Shown here in pieces: positions 1 to 13,149 of a stretch of 64,000 bases of DNA. This DNA is from Laetmonice hystrix. Its lineage: Eukaryota. The notes under the pieces are model-generated. The model ran no database searches and was not told the DNA's origin. It worked only from the letters and a program-made list of their open reading frames with translations. The stretch covers positions 38,504,001 through 38,568,000 of the forward strand of contig OZ249436.1 of the NCBI GenBank assembly GCA_965235115.1, in the 5' to 3' direction. Position numbers and translations under genes: made by a program. Position 1 is the stretch's first letter, and every line of letters begins with the position of its first letter.

Positions 1-1645
1 TGTTTTCATCTCATTACCTCTCCGCAGACCGGATAGTTGGGTTTGTTGTCACACTGACAATATCCAACAGTTTCTTGTTATCATCTCATTACCTCTCCAC
101 AGACCGGATAGTTGGGTTTGTTGTCACACTGAAAATATCCAGCTTCTTGTTACCATCTCATTACCTCTCCACAGACCGGATAGTTGGGTTTGTTGTCACA
201 CTGAAAATATCCAACAGTTTCTTGTTATCATCTCATTACCTCTCCACAGACCGGCTAGCTGGGTTTGTGGTCACACTGAAAATATCCAACAGTTTCTTGT
301 TATCATCTCATTACCTCTCCACAGACCGGATAGTTGGGTTTGTTGTCACACTGACAATATTCAACAGTTTCTTGTTATCATCTCATTACCTCTCCACAGA
401 CCGGATAGTTGGGTTTGTTGTCACACTGACAATATTCAACAGTTTCTTGTTATCATCTCATTACCTCTCCACAGACCGGATAGCTGGGTTTGTGGCCACA
501 CTGAAAATATCCAACAGTTTGTTGTTATCATCTCATTACCTCTCCACAGACCGGATAGTTGGGTTTGTTGTCACACTGACAATATCCAACCGTTTCTTGT
601 TATCATCTCATTACCTCTCCACAGACCGGATAGTTGGGTTTGTTGTCACACTGACAATATCCAACAGTTTCTTGTTATCATCTCATTACCTCTCCACAGA
701 CCGGATAGTTGGGTTTGTTGTCAAACTGACAATATCCAACAGTTTCTTGTTATCATCTCATTACCTCTCCACAGACCGGATAGTTGGGTTTGTTGTCACA
801 CTGAAAATATCCAACAGTTTCTTGTTACCATCTCATTACCTCTCCACAGACCGGATAGTTGGGTTTGTTGTCACACTGAAAATATCCAACCGTTTCTTGT
901 TATCTTCTCATTACCTCTCCACAGACAGGATAGTTGGGTTTGTTGTCACACTGAAAATATCCAACAGTTTCTTGTTATCATCTCATTACCTCTCCACAGA
1001 CCGGATAGCTGGGTTTGTGGTCACACTGAAAATATCCAACAGTTTCTTGTTATCATCTCATTACCTCTCCACAGACCGGATAGTTGGGTTTGTTGTCACA
1101 CTGACAATATCCAACCGTTTCTTGTTATCATCTCATTACCTCTCCACAGACCGGATAGTTGGGTTTGTTGTCACACTGACAATATCCAACAGTTTCTTGT
1201 TATCATCTCATTACCTCTCCACAGACCGGATAGTTGGGTTTGTTGTCAAACTGACAATATCCAACAGTTTCTTGTTATCATCTCATTACCTCTCCACAGA
1301 CCGGATAGTTGGGTTTGTTGTCACACTGACAATATCCAACAGTTTCTTGTTATCATCTCATTACCTCTCCGCAGACCGGATAGTTGAGTTTGTTGTCACA
1401 CTGACAATATCCAACAGTTTCTTGTTATCATCTCATTACCTCTCCACAGACCGGATAGTTGGGTTTGTGGTCACACTGAAAATATCCAACAGTTTCTTGT
1501 TATCATCTCATTACCTCTCCACAGACCGGATAGTTGGGTTTGTTGTCACACTGACAATATTCAACAGTTTCTTGTTATCATCTCATTACCTCTCCACAGA
1601 CCGGATAGTTGGGTTTGTTGTCACACTGAAAATATCCAACAGTTT
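1..1645 (+). repeat. 75-bp minisatellite (~22 copies) spanning a splice acceptor plus exon start
   Basis: Unit TTTCTTGTTATCATCTCATTACCTCTCCACAG|ACCGGATAGTTGGGTTTGTTGTCACACTGA(A/C)AATATCCAACAG. Confidence 0.97.
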
Positions 1646-1663
1646 CTGGCAGGACGTAAAGCA
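1600..1663 (+). CDS. Putative late exon of an unidentified upstream gene
   Basis: Strong acceptor CTCTCCACAG then DRIVGFVVTLKISNSFWQDVK; either stops at TAA 1665-1667 or splices at GTAAAC (1664). Confidence 0.45.
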
Positions 1664-1872
1664 GTAAACCACCACATCTCTTGTTCTTTTGTGTGTGTGT
1701 GTGTGTGTTTTTTTTTTTTGTTTTTTTTTTGGGGGGGGGGGGTCTTTTTGTTCTTTTTGCTTTCTTTTTGTTTTCTTATTTACTTCCTCCTTCTTCCACG
1801 AAACCTATAATGCATAATGTGCGCGTCCAATTCAAGAAAGAAGTGGATATAAATATGAATGTATTTGATTAG

Positions 1873-1927
1873 AACAAGGTTACATGAGGTTGTGTGGTGT
1901 CGGGTGAACGAGGCCGTTATGAGATAA
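1873..1927 (+). CDS. Putative terminal exon of the upstream gene
   Basis: After ATTAG, a phase-compatible continuation (Q)TRLHEVVWCRVNEAVMR-stop; the acceptor is weak. Confidence 0.3.
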
Positions 1928-4900
1928 TTATTATGGTGAACAGTTACAACATATTCTGCTTGGTGAACACTCCGACACGCGATGGCGATTTGTGAATAAC
2001 GGTGTCGAAATACTCCGGAGACTGTTTGTCATACATGCCGAGTCTGAGATCCACGCCAGGAACATTTTCTTATTGAGCTGTTATCATCTGTGTAACATTT
2101 GAACGTGTATAGAAATGGGGTGGTCGAGGGCTGGGTTTCTACGTCGTGTTGGTCATCTTCCGGATAGGAACAAGTCTTCGGGGGTTTTTTTCTGTCTAGT
2201 CATGATGGTGAGAGATACAGGAGAATCCTGCACACCGGGACTACACCGTACACTTACCGGTAAGTGGCAAGGTTCTTACACCACCTTCAACCCTGCATAG
2301 ATACAGGGTTACAGGGCTACCCCATGGCAGTCAGGGACACTGGATGCTATCAAACACACCCAGCGCTTAAACCGATTCAGGCAACCACCTCCGCCTGAAC
2401 ATGTAGAACAGAATATTTAAAGGCTTCAAGTTCCTGAAAAAAATTCGATCATGAACCGAGACACATCCAGACTGACGAATGGTTCCGTAGAATATAATAA
2501 TGGTCGAAAGTAAAGGAGCAAGGAAATATCGTTATTGAGAATTCTTAAAGAATGTCCTCCATTTGGGACTGTAAACAGATCACATTATCAAAAACTACAG
2601 TATATGATAAGTACAAGTGTATGAAATTACCAAAGTCTCCCTAGTATATAAACAGGCCCAACGGAACTTTATCTCTTTTCAAAAGGGCGATTTTCCCTTT
2701 GGATTCTAGGTTCCGCGGAAGCCTATCCCTTCAGGTTATCCCACCCTGTCCATGGCCTCCTGGTAGACCGGACATACATTTAGATATTCGATGATATACA
2801 GGAGCCACAAAGGTATCTCTAAATGTGTTCGACGCCTATCTAAAACCTCTTCCTCGGGGCATGGTGTACACAGCGATAAATCTTGTTGTAATAACGATGC
2901 TATAATAGGAATTGGGAAATATAGGCAATGAGGTAAGCTGGTCATTATTAAACGAATACATCTATAGGAGCCATTCAAGTGGCTACTTTTTTCCCGATCG
3001 AACAGATCCGGCGCTGAAGCCCGACCCAATCGTTGCTCCTGTTCCCGTAAACAATGAGCTCACATCCCCGGCAGCCAGGGCGGTCTCTCCGGGCCTCCCA
3101 GCCTGAATCCGTCGGTGCCCGTTTAACACTTTCACCAGGCTCGGCTGATAACACTGAACGAGCACGTAAAGACTTCCAGCCTGTCCGTCCATATTGCATT
3201 CGATGGAAATCTTGCCGTAAGTTGGCGTGTGTGTGGGCCGTATGTGGACGGAGGCTGGCCCACCGGGTGGAGATCGGCTGGACGTGATAACAAACGGACG
3301 GTGGATGTGATAACAAACGGACGGTGCGGGAGGCGTCGGCCAACGTCGGGCGCCATCTAGTGGAGGGGGCCGCAATGAGTCTGCCCAGCATAATACCCCC
3401 CAGATCCTTGGAGATCAAGTCACCCAGGACTGCATGCGCCGTTCTCTGCGCCCTTCTACTGATTGCCTATTTCAGGACGTAATAGCCAGTCCACTCTCTC
3501 ATAACGAGAAAAATAACATCATCAATAATATATCCTCTTTTACTGCTATAGATGCACGTGATGGCATGCATAATATAGGCCTCACTGTCGGCTAGTATAG
3601 AAGAACTGAATAGAACTAAATAGAAGGGACGGGTTGACCGCCATAAGGGCATTCACTGGCGTAGGAACTTCTCAGTAAAGATGTATGTTTGTGCCCCCCC
3701 CCCACCACTTTCAGACCCAGAATTTTCCATATCCGCTTAAATTCTGCTACAGACCTCAACTTCACCTAAATGCTTTAAGGCACTCCACAATTTCTATATC
3801 CATTTGCCAGGAAATAGCGTTTTGGGGTCTTCTAAATTCAAAAAAGGGCCCCCCCACGTTGTCACATCACGTCTTCGGCGCTCAAGGGCGCCCCCTTTCG
3901 TGCAGTGCTGGTTCCGCCTGGTTCCGCCCATGAGATGTGCCCCCCTCACTTTTTGTCACGTTCCTATACGCCGTTGGCATTTGTGTCCATTTTGTGGGGT
4001 TTACACTTTTCTATATTCTTCAAGGTAATTAGTGCGTACACGTGTGTCTTTATGGTTAAAAAAAAGACAATGGAACTTTCTTTGGCCCTTTAAGACCGAT
4101 TCTTTCATTTCTCTCTTTCTACCAAATATTTTGCAAATACATAAGCTGCAGTTTGAATGGAGAATAAGAAATGTTGTAATGTTTGAATGTTTGGTGATAC
4201 GATTAAGCCCATCACTTTGATTTTTTTTGCAAGAGTAGGTTGGATAATTAAAACCTTCCGGTTCTTGACCGACATGTTTGATTCAGACGGGAAACCGACT
4301 CATAATGGCCGTGAAATATTTCAGATTTATGTTACAGTGGCCATGTTTACAGAGGACGTGGTTTGAAGAGATCTCTACCGCACCCTCCCCCACCTCTGCT
4401 CATGCTACAGGCAGGAGAAACTTTTGACATTCAGCCAAAGCCCCGGCCCTTAAGAAGGAGACTCTCTCCAGATTTCAGCGGGAGTTATAGCAAGTAGTTT
4501 CTCCACTGATAGTAGCCGGTATACAAAACCAGTTTCTATCCTTATACAAGGGTGTAGCCAGGATTTTCTGAGGGGAGGGGAGACAGAGATCCGGCAGCCA
4601 AGCTAAACACATATTATAAATACTACTTATACGGTATGTAAATTTAGGTTGGGGGCACGGCCCCCTTCGGCCCCCTGGCTACGCCATGCCGTAAAATACA
4701 TTATAGTATCAACATCTTAAATTGCCCCTGGATTCTGTATAGATAGAACCGACGTGCACTATACGTTAAACTGTCCTTGGTTAGAATTTGGGTAGAAATG
4801 GTAAGATTTTGGTTGACTGATGTAGATGTCTTGTTAGCAAAAGCTACAAAGGTTGCCCCCTGCCACAGGGGGCGCTCGGATCGACCTAATCGATGACGCA

Positions 4901-5568
4901 TGCGCACTGCACTCGCCTGTATTCAATTGACCGACATGCCTTTCGGTCGGCCCGCGGCCTCTTTGGCTGCGTCTTCCATTTTGTTGTCGGTGCTTATTGG
5001 AGTGTCTCTTTGGGCCTCGGAAATTGATTTGGCGTCGCCAAAGGTACAGCGCCGCCCTTGCGAGGAAGATGTTCTATTATTCTAGCTTCCCTACGACCCT
5101 AACCATGTCCGCAGGCCGGTTTCGATCAATACACCATTTAGATCCGATCCCATTCAGAGAGATACATGTCACTGGGCTGATAACGGACAGAAACAATTAT
5201 AAACACATGAGCAGGGTATAGGGTCTAGTTCGCACGTTGATGGGTGCAATTTCCAAGAAGTTGGATAATGGAGTTTTCGGTTTCGGAGAATGCTAGGCGT
5301 AACTTTTCACCTTAATTGTCTACAAACAAAGTAAAAACCGAAGTAGGTCACGTGACGTCCCCGCGTGCAAAACCGCGCCATAACATATAGGCCTATTCCG
5401 GAATTTGTAGAATTGCAGATATCGCTAAGTGAATTAGTGATATCAAGAAATGAAATAAAAATATCACCAATTCCGGAATATTATGTTAAATCGGCTTGCC
5501 ATAGGTCTAGGCCTAGGTGCCAACCATGCGCCCAAAGTTATCGCAGTCTATAATAGTGGAGCAGTGCT

Positions 5569-5808
5569 GCCGACTGCTTTATCAAAGGCCGGCCGTGTCA
5601 CGATACGTCTATGTGGAGGGGCACGTTAAAGATCCCTTGACACCTATCGATAAGAGTAGGGGTTCGCCCCGATGCCAGGTTTCCTCCTATCATCTCATTA
5701 TCACCCAATGGATTTCACCGACTGAGTTAGTTACCTTGTTCTCGCCCTGAAATAGCTGAAATACTGCTGACTGGGCGTTAAACACCGACTACTCACTCAC
5801 TCACTCAC
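5569..5808 (+). mobile_element. 5'-truncated SINE (Nin-domain-like core, ACTC-repeat tail)
   Basis: GACTGCTTTATCAAAGGCC...AAAGATCCCTTG...ATCGATAAGAGTAG core, then TGAAATAGCTGAAATACTGCTGA...GGCGTTAAACAC tail and (ACTC)n; domain assignment from memory. Confidence 0.65.
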
Positions 5809-6939
5809 TATATAATAGTGGTGACAGGTGCCGAAAGCTTCTTGTTTTTGTCGCTAGGAGGCAACCCTAATCAGCCTGGTACAGATGCACAAGCCAGTTG
5901 CTCGCAGAATAGTCCAGGCCCCGGTTTTTGGTTCGTCATTTTACCAATCTTAAGACTGGAATTTTAAGACTGAGCAGCCAATCAGAAAATTCCGCCCATT
6001 TGCCAACCGTGCTGCGCTACTATACCTCAGCTCATTCGGCCCACCTCGGGACTGTCCGGGCCAGATCCTCTCGGCCCTCGCACAGTCGACACCATGTTGG
6101 ATCACGTGACACAACGTAGTCAAAACGGCGACGGCCGACACACCGACAAAGGTGAAAGACAAGCAGTGTCTGGCTTGTTTAAAAACAGATCTCCGCTTGA
6201 TACCTCTGACAAGTGGATTAGACGTCAGAGAAAATCTATTTAGGTCTCTACAGATACCTTTTTAGATGTTGACATTCCTATTGGCATTGTTTATCGTCAG
6301 ACGGAGGTCAACGTTTGTCCCACGGACGAGCTGTCTCACTTGGGATTCCCTCGGGATTCCTTTGGGCGTATGACGTCATTTCTTATGTTGATACAAGCTA
6401 GCAAAGTCGTATGATTTCATAAATACTGCAAAACTGAATGTGTTGCGGCTGCTAAGAACGATCGAGACTGCAAATCTTCGGAAATTATCCATCTTTCCTG
6501 ATGAACAATCCCGCGTTAGGCGGCGAACACCGACATTCTATGAACTACTTTGCGCCGTTGCGCACTACGCGAGTTGTGATGTACCCAAACCCGTGGAATC
6601 ACTGTCATATCTCTACGGCTTGCGACGTCCGAGTCCACAACTAGCGAAGCGACCGGAAGTTGGGCCGAGGTTTTCCGAATGTACCTCAGCTATGCCGTCG
6701 GTGGGCCCGCCAGATGGACTAACCCCATTGCACCTACTGGATCCGGTCCATAAGCGCATGCGCACGGCATTTGGTATAGGCTAATTCAAAAATAGTTGCG
6801 ATGTTGTCTAAAGAGTTGTTTTCAATGTGCAACGATAGGGCATAGCAGTCACATGATCATTAAATTGACATTGTGTTGTATATAGATTCAGAGATAGCTC
6901 AGTAGATTAACAGACACATCAAATTTAAAGTGATGATAT

Positions 6940-7201
6940 CAGTGGCGGATCTAGGATTTCAGAAAGGGGGGGGGCAACTTTTGTTGGATAATCAGTGGCC
7001 CATTTTCGGTGGGTCTGGGGCCCTCCCCCAGAATTTGTTTTCAGGAACGTCGGAAACATGTTTTTCAACATGTAGAGTAGAAATTTCTCCCAAATCTTTC
7101 AAAGAAATTCCATTACTTTTAAGCATGAAAGATCGAAAATAGGCAAGAGTTTGGAAAATAGGGGGGCTCCGGGCCGGGTGGGCCCCCTGGATCCGCCACT
7201 G
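6940..7201. mobile_element. Non-autonomous DNA transposon (CAGTGGCGGATC TIR, 5-bp TSD GATAT)
   Basis: TIRs CAGTGGCGGATC / GATCCGCCACTG flanked by GATAT. Confidence 0.85.
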
Positions 7202-8415
7202 GATATACTGGTGTGAAATGGGCTCTGAAATCGATATGCATGTATATGTGTGAGACATTTGGCAGTTTTCCTATAATTATGACCTTGAATGGGCACATGG
7301 ATTTATAGCCTAACGACACGCGAAACTGCGCCGCGTGTCAAATGTTCTTCATGTCGTTCTGATCTTCACTGATGCAGTAAAAATGGTAATACATTTTGTA
7401 CTAGGTCTACTAATGTAACACTCTACACAGACTATAACATAATGCCAAGAGTGCCAAGAGTAATATAAGTACTAGTAAAAAGAATTTCTGTCCGTTACCA
7501 AAAGGTGACTACGTTCCGTCGCCGATCAAGGACAAGATGGTAGTCGTCCTCTGTGTGGGCGAGTCATGCCTGAGTACGCTTGGCTGGAGGCAGAGGCTCT
7601 ACAGGTGTCTTGTGTTCATGACTGTGCATTCTTTACACAACTCCGAACTGTTGTGAACGTACGCAGCATCTCTCTGACCCCGAGGGTGACGGAAGACCGG
7701 ACTGAGAGTGAGAGGGGTATAACGTACCACCCCCGGGACAGGACGGGACCTGATCGAAGGGTGGGCCGAGTACACGTAGCCGAAGCTGGCCGAGCTGTCG
7801 CCGAATTTTGCCGAACCGTGGTAAGAGTGTGTCGATGCTTTTGACTCCATTCAGCCGGGGTGTAGGCCTATGTATACAATGCACCACTGAAGCTTCGGTT
7901 ATTCACGGCCAAATAAGACCTGGTTTGCACAACAAAAGGGGAATGAAGCAGTCACGCAACCTGTTTGTTAAAAAAAAAAAACCGCACATGAACCGTGAGA
8001 TACTTCGTTCTCATTAGAGTTTTAAGCCCATATGGATCTAATCTTTGATGCAAAAACATGCAAGTCAACTATATTAGAAGGCAGCCATCCTTAAAAAAAT
8101 AGTAGTGGTCAGCAGTTAGGGCGTTCTACCCTATTTTCCCGTCTATATGGAGGGAGCCGAGAAGGTGACCCCCGCTCCCTCTTGGGATGGTGGCTACGAT
8201 TTCCACCCCTCCCCCTCATTGAAAGACTTTTAAAACTGGTGCTGATATTCAATTATTTTTGCGGACCAACTTCTGTAGATCTTTAGCCAGGAGGTTGCGG
8301 ACAAAAATGGGCACTACGGTATTTATTTCAGATGCCAAGGGTTTCATGTGACATAACGTACAGCAATATGCAATATGGCCAACCCGACTCCATGTAACAC
8401 TAGTAGGCCTAGTAA

Positions 8416-8949
8416 AGGCCCGGCCACACAGAGCCGACTACCCCCAACCCGATGGTCGGAGGCCGGGGGGGTTCAAATCGGCCAACTACTCAGTAAGTCT
8501 GATATATGCCCAACCATGCCACACTGAATGCGACCCGAAAGTCGGGAGTGGGATGCCACACTAGCGACATCACTCGTGACCAGTATATACTATTGTAACT
8601 ATTCATTCCCCTACCGGTAGTTTCCACTCCGCCATGTTGTTTGTTTTGTCCCGCTCGCAGGGTATCTTGGGAGTAGCGTTTGTATGGTGCGCGCTGTGAT
8701 TTGCTGGTAAGCAGCCCGACTGTTGAGTCTGGTCGGTAGGTACGCCACACAGGCCCGACTAGGCCCGACCAGACCAAACCGTTTGGTCGCTCATCTTGTG
8801 CAGGACAAGATGAACAACCGGGACTGGTCAGTCGGTGAAAAACACCCGACTATACGGCCGACTGACCATGCCAGACAGGGCCGACTACCCCCGACTCGAC
8901 TCCCCCAGACCATCGGGTTGGGGGTAGTCGGCTCTGTGTGGCCGGGCCT
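8416..8949. mobile_element. PIF/Harbinger-like MITE
   Basis: ~40-bp TIR AGGCCCGGCCACACAGAGCCGACTACCCCCAACCCGATGGTC; TAA/TTA flanks. Confidence 0.8.
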
Positions 8950-9319
8950 TTACAAAAGTCTGATCAACAACGCGAAGGATGTTTGATATTGTGGAGGGTA
9001 GAAACCCAACTCGCTCAACACCCATGGTGAATTGGTAGTTCCTGTTACCATTAACCGTATAGCCATGGTTGAGGGGTTGTGGGTATACGCCATCCCTGGG
9101 CGCATCATGCATTTATGCCCTCTAGGCCTATAATGCACCGGCCATAACTACAATAACACATACCACAACACAAAGGTTTCTATACTCAGCGGCAACAAGT
9201 ATTGGCCGACAACCGTCACCCGAGTCACCCAAGATCCTGCTTTGTCGAATATGTAGGGAGAAGGTAGCGGGTTTATGGCGTGAATAAATAAAATGGTATG
9301 AATAAATAAGCGCAATTTT

Positions 9320-9429
9320 CTTCTTCTTCTTCTTCTTCTTCTTCTTCTTCTTCTTCTTCTTCTTCCAAATTCACAGGGACATTGCATTCGAATCGCCTAA
9401 TCCCACCTAAGAAAATCAATTTGAAAAAC

Positions 9430-9472
<43 letters not shown>

Positions 9473-9560
9473 TTCTTCTTCTTCTTCTTCTTCTTCTTCT
9501 TCTTCTTCTTCTTCTTCTTCTTCTTCCTCCTCTTCTCCTCCTTCTTCCTCTTCTTCATCG
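9320..9560. repeat. (CTT)n microsatellites (two blocks)
   Basis: Pure CTT runs at ~9320-9364 and ~9430-9560. Confidence 0.95.
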
Positions 9561-9724
9561 ACTACAGCTTCTTCTTATTCTCCATTGACAAAATGTTACA
9601 AAGGGGGTTCACTCAGGCATACAGTATGTATGCCATTTATCTAGGCCTGGGCCTAATAACTGCACCAACCAGTTGGGCGCGGATAGGCAGTGATCAAGGT
9701 TGACGGATTGGAATCCCCTATAGT

Positions 9725-11078
9725 CAGGGGCGCCGCTGCCGGGGGGGGGGGGCGGGGGGGACATGTCCCCCCCACTTTTGCTGGCGACCTAAAAAGGTCA
9801 AAGGCTCCTTGAAGTTGAAGCTAGGCCTAATAGATCTACAGGTCTTCTTATACTCCCTATGCCTAGCTTTTTAAGGTGAATTGCCCATGGGAGGCAAATT
9901 AAAGATAGATTTTCATCATTTTTAATCTTGGCCTTCAGCTATATAGGCCTAAGCCTATGTGTTTCGGAGATAGGTCTATGCTTTGCTGTTCTATTATTAA
10001 TATGGGTCTAACCGCGGCCTAGATCCCCTGCAGCTTCCCTGTGTACCTTAGTGCTACCACACTGGCGGATCCAGAGGAGGGGGTCACATATGGTCTGGAC
10101 CCCCCTAAAATTTCATGGCGCCCCTCCAGCCGTTCATGGCGCCTCATGGCATTGTAGGGCTACATAAGACTTTTGACATCATTGGTCTTTAAATAGCTTT
10201 GTGCTCCAAAATGCATCAGATTTCACCAAAGTACACCTTGAATTTGAAAATTTTCCGGCTGGCATGCCCCCGGACGCCCTAGCAAGGCTTTGTGCCTTCG
10301 GCGCTCCTACAGTCACACCGGTTGCGCCCCTAAAAACGTTGGACCCCCCTACTTGAAAAAGCTGGATCCGTCCCTGTACCGTCTCTTGTTTAGCCCATAG
10401 ACCATGTTGGGCCTTCCTATATTTGATTTTGAGGAAAAAGACCTCATGCGTGAATGTATTCAAATAATGAGTGAGGTTTACCAATTTTTTACGAGGCCTA
10501 GTGTGGTAGAATAGAAAGTGGCAAGTAGGATGGGGACGGTCTCTATTTTATTTGGTAAAAGTGTGTTTTAGGCCTAATCGTCAACTTTTTTTGCTTCTGA
10601 TAAATATTGCTTGGTACTGTTTTTTGTGATGTCAACGGCCAGGTGGGGCCCACCTAAAAAAAAAATTAGCCTCGCTACGCTCGGCATGATTTCATTGTAA
10701 TTGTAGGTACTAATAGTATGATACATCTTCATACAAAAAAAGAAGATCTAAGGGGGGCAAGCCCCCTGATGAATCCCTCACTGATTAATACATTAATCTT
10801 GAGCAAAAGGTCGGCACCGAAATGCTGAGAAGCCGGGAAATAGCATCGATCGCCTTTTATATTCCCAAACATTTTAAGTCGGACCCCCTTCCCCTCTCGG
10901 CGCGGGCACCTTCTGACCCCCCCCCCCCCCGCAAAGAAAATCCTGGATCCGCCCCTTGGGGGGGGGGGTGTGAATACACTGTTATTTTGCAAGTCTAATG
11001 GTACATAAATTTCGGGGGAAAAGGTCAAACACACCAAGATTGTCCCCCCCCACTTTGAAATAGGCAGCGGCGCCCCTG
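9725..11078. mobile_element. Non-autonomous DNA transposon (CAGGGGCGCCGCTGCC TIR, TSD ATAGT) with nested insertions
   Basis: 16-bp TIRs and 5-bp TSD; contains the element at 10060-10376 and another fragment near 10740-10960. Confidence 0.8.
10060..10376. mobile_element. Nested MITE (CACTGGCGGATCCAG / CTGGATCCGTCCCTG)
   Basis: Imperfect TIRs; flanks TACCA / TACCG. Confidence 0.7.
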
Positions 11079-11902
11079 ATAGTTGTTACCAAGGAAGACT
11101 TGGTCTGATTCGTGCCTACTTTTGGGTACCCTATTTTGACCATCGTGGTAGACATGACTTTTATAGGCCTATACATCTACATTCGAGTGCCTGAAGCAGC
11201 GAGAACCTTCTGTTGTAGGCTACATAGATGTCACTCAATCCACGCGTTAAAAAATGAAGTAAAAAAGAGAAGACATTTTTCATTTGCCTGAATTTCACTC
11301 AGGCTTCCTATGCTTCACCAAGCCTGTAAGCCACTAAGAAAACCGGGTCAAGGACGTGTTTTCGGGCTGGGAAGTGGGGGGGGGGGGGGGGCTGGACCAG
11401 TGTAGGATTGAAGTAGTTTAGGGTCTTTGAATCAGCTGGATGCGCAGTGGAGGGAGCGGCGAGAAAAAGGTTAAAAACTACTGGTCTACAGCCTTATAGT
11501 TTGTTATCGGAATGTAGGGATCGCAAGTCTCGTGGCCTAGTTATCAAAACGGTTTAACATTGTGTGAACGTACATCCAAAATTGTTGACCTTTCTTTTTA
11601 TTTTTTCTAACATAAGAGATGTTCGTTCTGTCGCATGGCAAGTTTGATAACAAAGAGAACAATAATTGTAGAGTTATCAATTGAACGTTTTTTCTAAATG
11701 ACCGGAACCGGAATTTGGCTGTCGCCAGTTTGGGCCTGCGTCCAAACCGCATTTCTCGTCGAATCGCGCAATGTGACGTCACATAGGCCTACTCCCGCTC
11801 CCTATACAATGCATCTATTCGTCTGTTTTTGGCCCTGTTTGGGTGGTTGATGCATGTCTGGCCTAAGCACTTCCATAGCTTGCCGTGCCAAATTATGGAG
11901 CG

Positions 11903-12084
11903 AAGCCCAGTTTATAGTCCATCGGCCGACCAACCATCGGCCGATCATCGCTGAACGTTTATAGTTGCAGCTTCCGGCCGCCGGCCGACCGATCGCTGCG
12001 AATTAAGTCTACGTGAACTTTGACCTTACGTCGAGCCATGGTCGGCCGATCGATGGTCGGCCGACGGACTATAAATCGGCCTTT
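11903..12084. mobile_element. Palindromic MITE (TTTATAGTCC..TCGGCCGA TIR)
   Basis: Inverted ends TTTATAGTCCATCGGCCGACC / GGTCGGCCGACGGACTATAAA. Confidence 0.65.
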
Positions 12085-12152
12085 ATCGAGTGCAACACGT
12101 ACACCCTCGCCACACATCGTGTTCTGACAGATCTGTGTTTCTGATCCCATCG

Positions 12153-12311
12153 CAGTGGGGGATCGGAGGGGGGGGGGTGGCTGGGGGGCCGGGCCCCCCT
12201 TAGATTTCCTTTTCTTCGTTTTTACAGTCAAAATAAAAAAAATGTAAGTGGCCCCCCCTTATCCTGGTCCCTGCCCCCCCGCCCCTTATCAAAATCCTGA
12301 ATCCCCCACTG
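12153..12311. mobile_element. MITE (CAGTGGGGGAT TIR, TSD CATCG)
   Basis: TIRs plus exact 5-bp TSD. Confidence 0.85.
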
Positions 12312-12558
12312 CATCGCCATCATCATCGTCATGACAACACGGGATTGGGAGATTATCTGACTGCACTCAGTGAAATGGCTAAATACAAACCGATGAAATA
12401 TTCTTTTACTCACACAGGGCAATCGTAGTTAATATCAGGGTGAAGTGGTCATGCCCTTAGATCCGTTAGGAACAAGCAAACCTGTGAATTTCGACCTAAT
12501 TCAAAACGGTTTGATAAATATGTGGAAGGCTTCTAGCAAGTGTGTTCTGTGTCAAGTT

Positions 12559-12818
12559 GGTCGCCTCGGGTGGCCGAGTGGTCAAAGGTGCTGGCTCATG
12601 ACACCTAGGACCATCGCCTCACACCGCTGCGGTCCGGGTTCGATCCCCGGCCAGGGCTGCATGTGTGAAAGGTTTGTCAGTCAGTTCCTTCCCGATGGTC
12701 GGTGGTTTCCTCCGGGTACTCCGGTTTCCTCCACCAAGAAAAACTGACTTTCATCATCATCTTCACCGCCGTGATATGACCCTGGCTGTTGCAAGGCGTA
12801 AAACCCCAAATATCCACC
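12559..12818 (+). mobile_element. Full-length tRNA-derived SINE with V/Meta-type central domain
   Basis: A box TGGCCGAGTGG, B box GGGTTCGATCCC, central GGTTTCCTCCGGGTACTCCGGTTTCCTCCACC; 12-bp TSD CTGTGTCAAGTT (12547-12558, 12819-12830). Confidence 0.88.
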
Positions 12819-13149
12819 CTGTGTCAAGTTAATCCCAAAATAGCAGCACGAGGAGTCCCTCAAAATACATTCAGTTTTGCAAAGTTTAGTCATTGTAACC
12901 AGCGTAGTCGTTATACAAGGATCGATAAAGCTTCCAAAAAGTTCAAATGTAGGCCTATACAAGGTCACAAAAGAAGCTCACAAGAAGGTCAACGCGTAAA
13001 AACATAATGACCCCAACCGTCATAGCCATAATAGTTAGAAGTTTTGGCAAATGCTAAAGCAAGTGCTACCGAACAATAAATACGCCCACATTTAACTTGA
13101 CTGATACTGAAACAGGCAACAAAATTGAACAGAAACTTTATTAATGAGT

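Noticed and set aside
75..1667. 530-aa ORF as a standalone gene
   Set aside because: It results from a 75-bp tandem repeat and starts at TTG; only the last unit plus unique end looks like a real exon.
2736..3418. Overlapping GC-rich ORFs of 97-147 aa
   Set aside because: No recognisable domain or splice structure; probably repeat or regulatory sequence, but I cannot assign it.
9148..9588. Poly-Arg and poly-Leu ORFs
   Set aside because: Translations of the (CTT)n microsatellite.
12559..12655. tRNA gene
   Set aside because: The A/B boxes belong to a SINE head followed by a conserved SINE core, tail and 12-bp TSD; no clean cloverleaf is evident.
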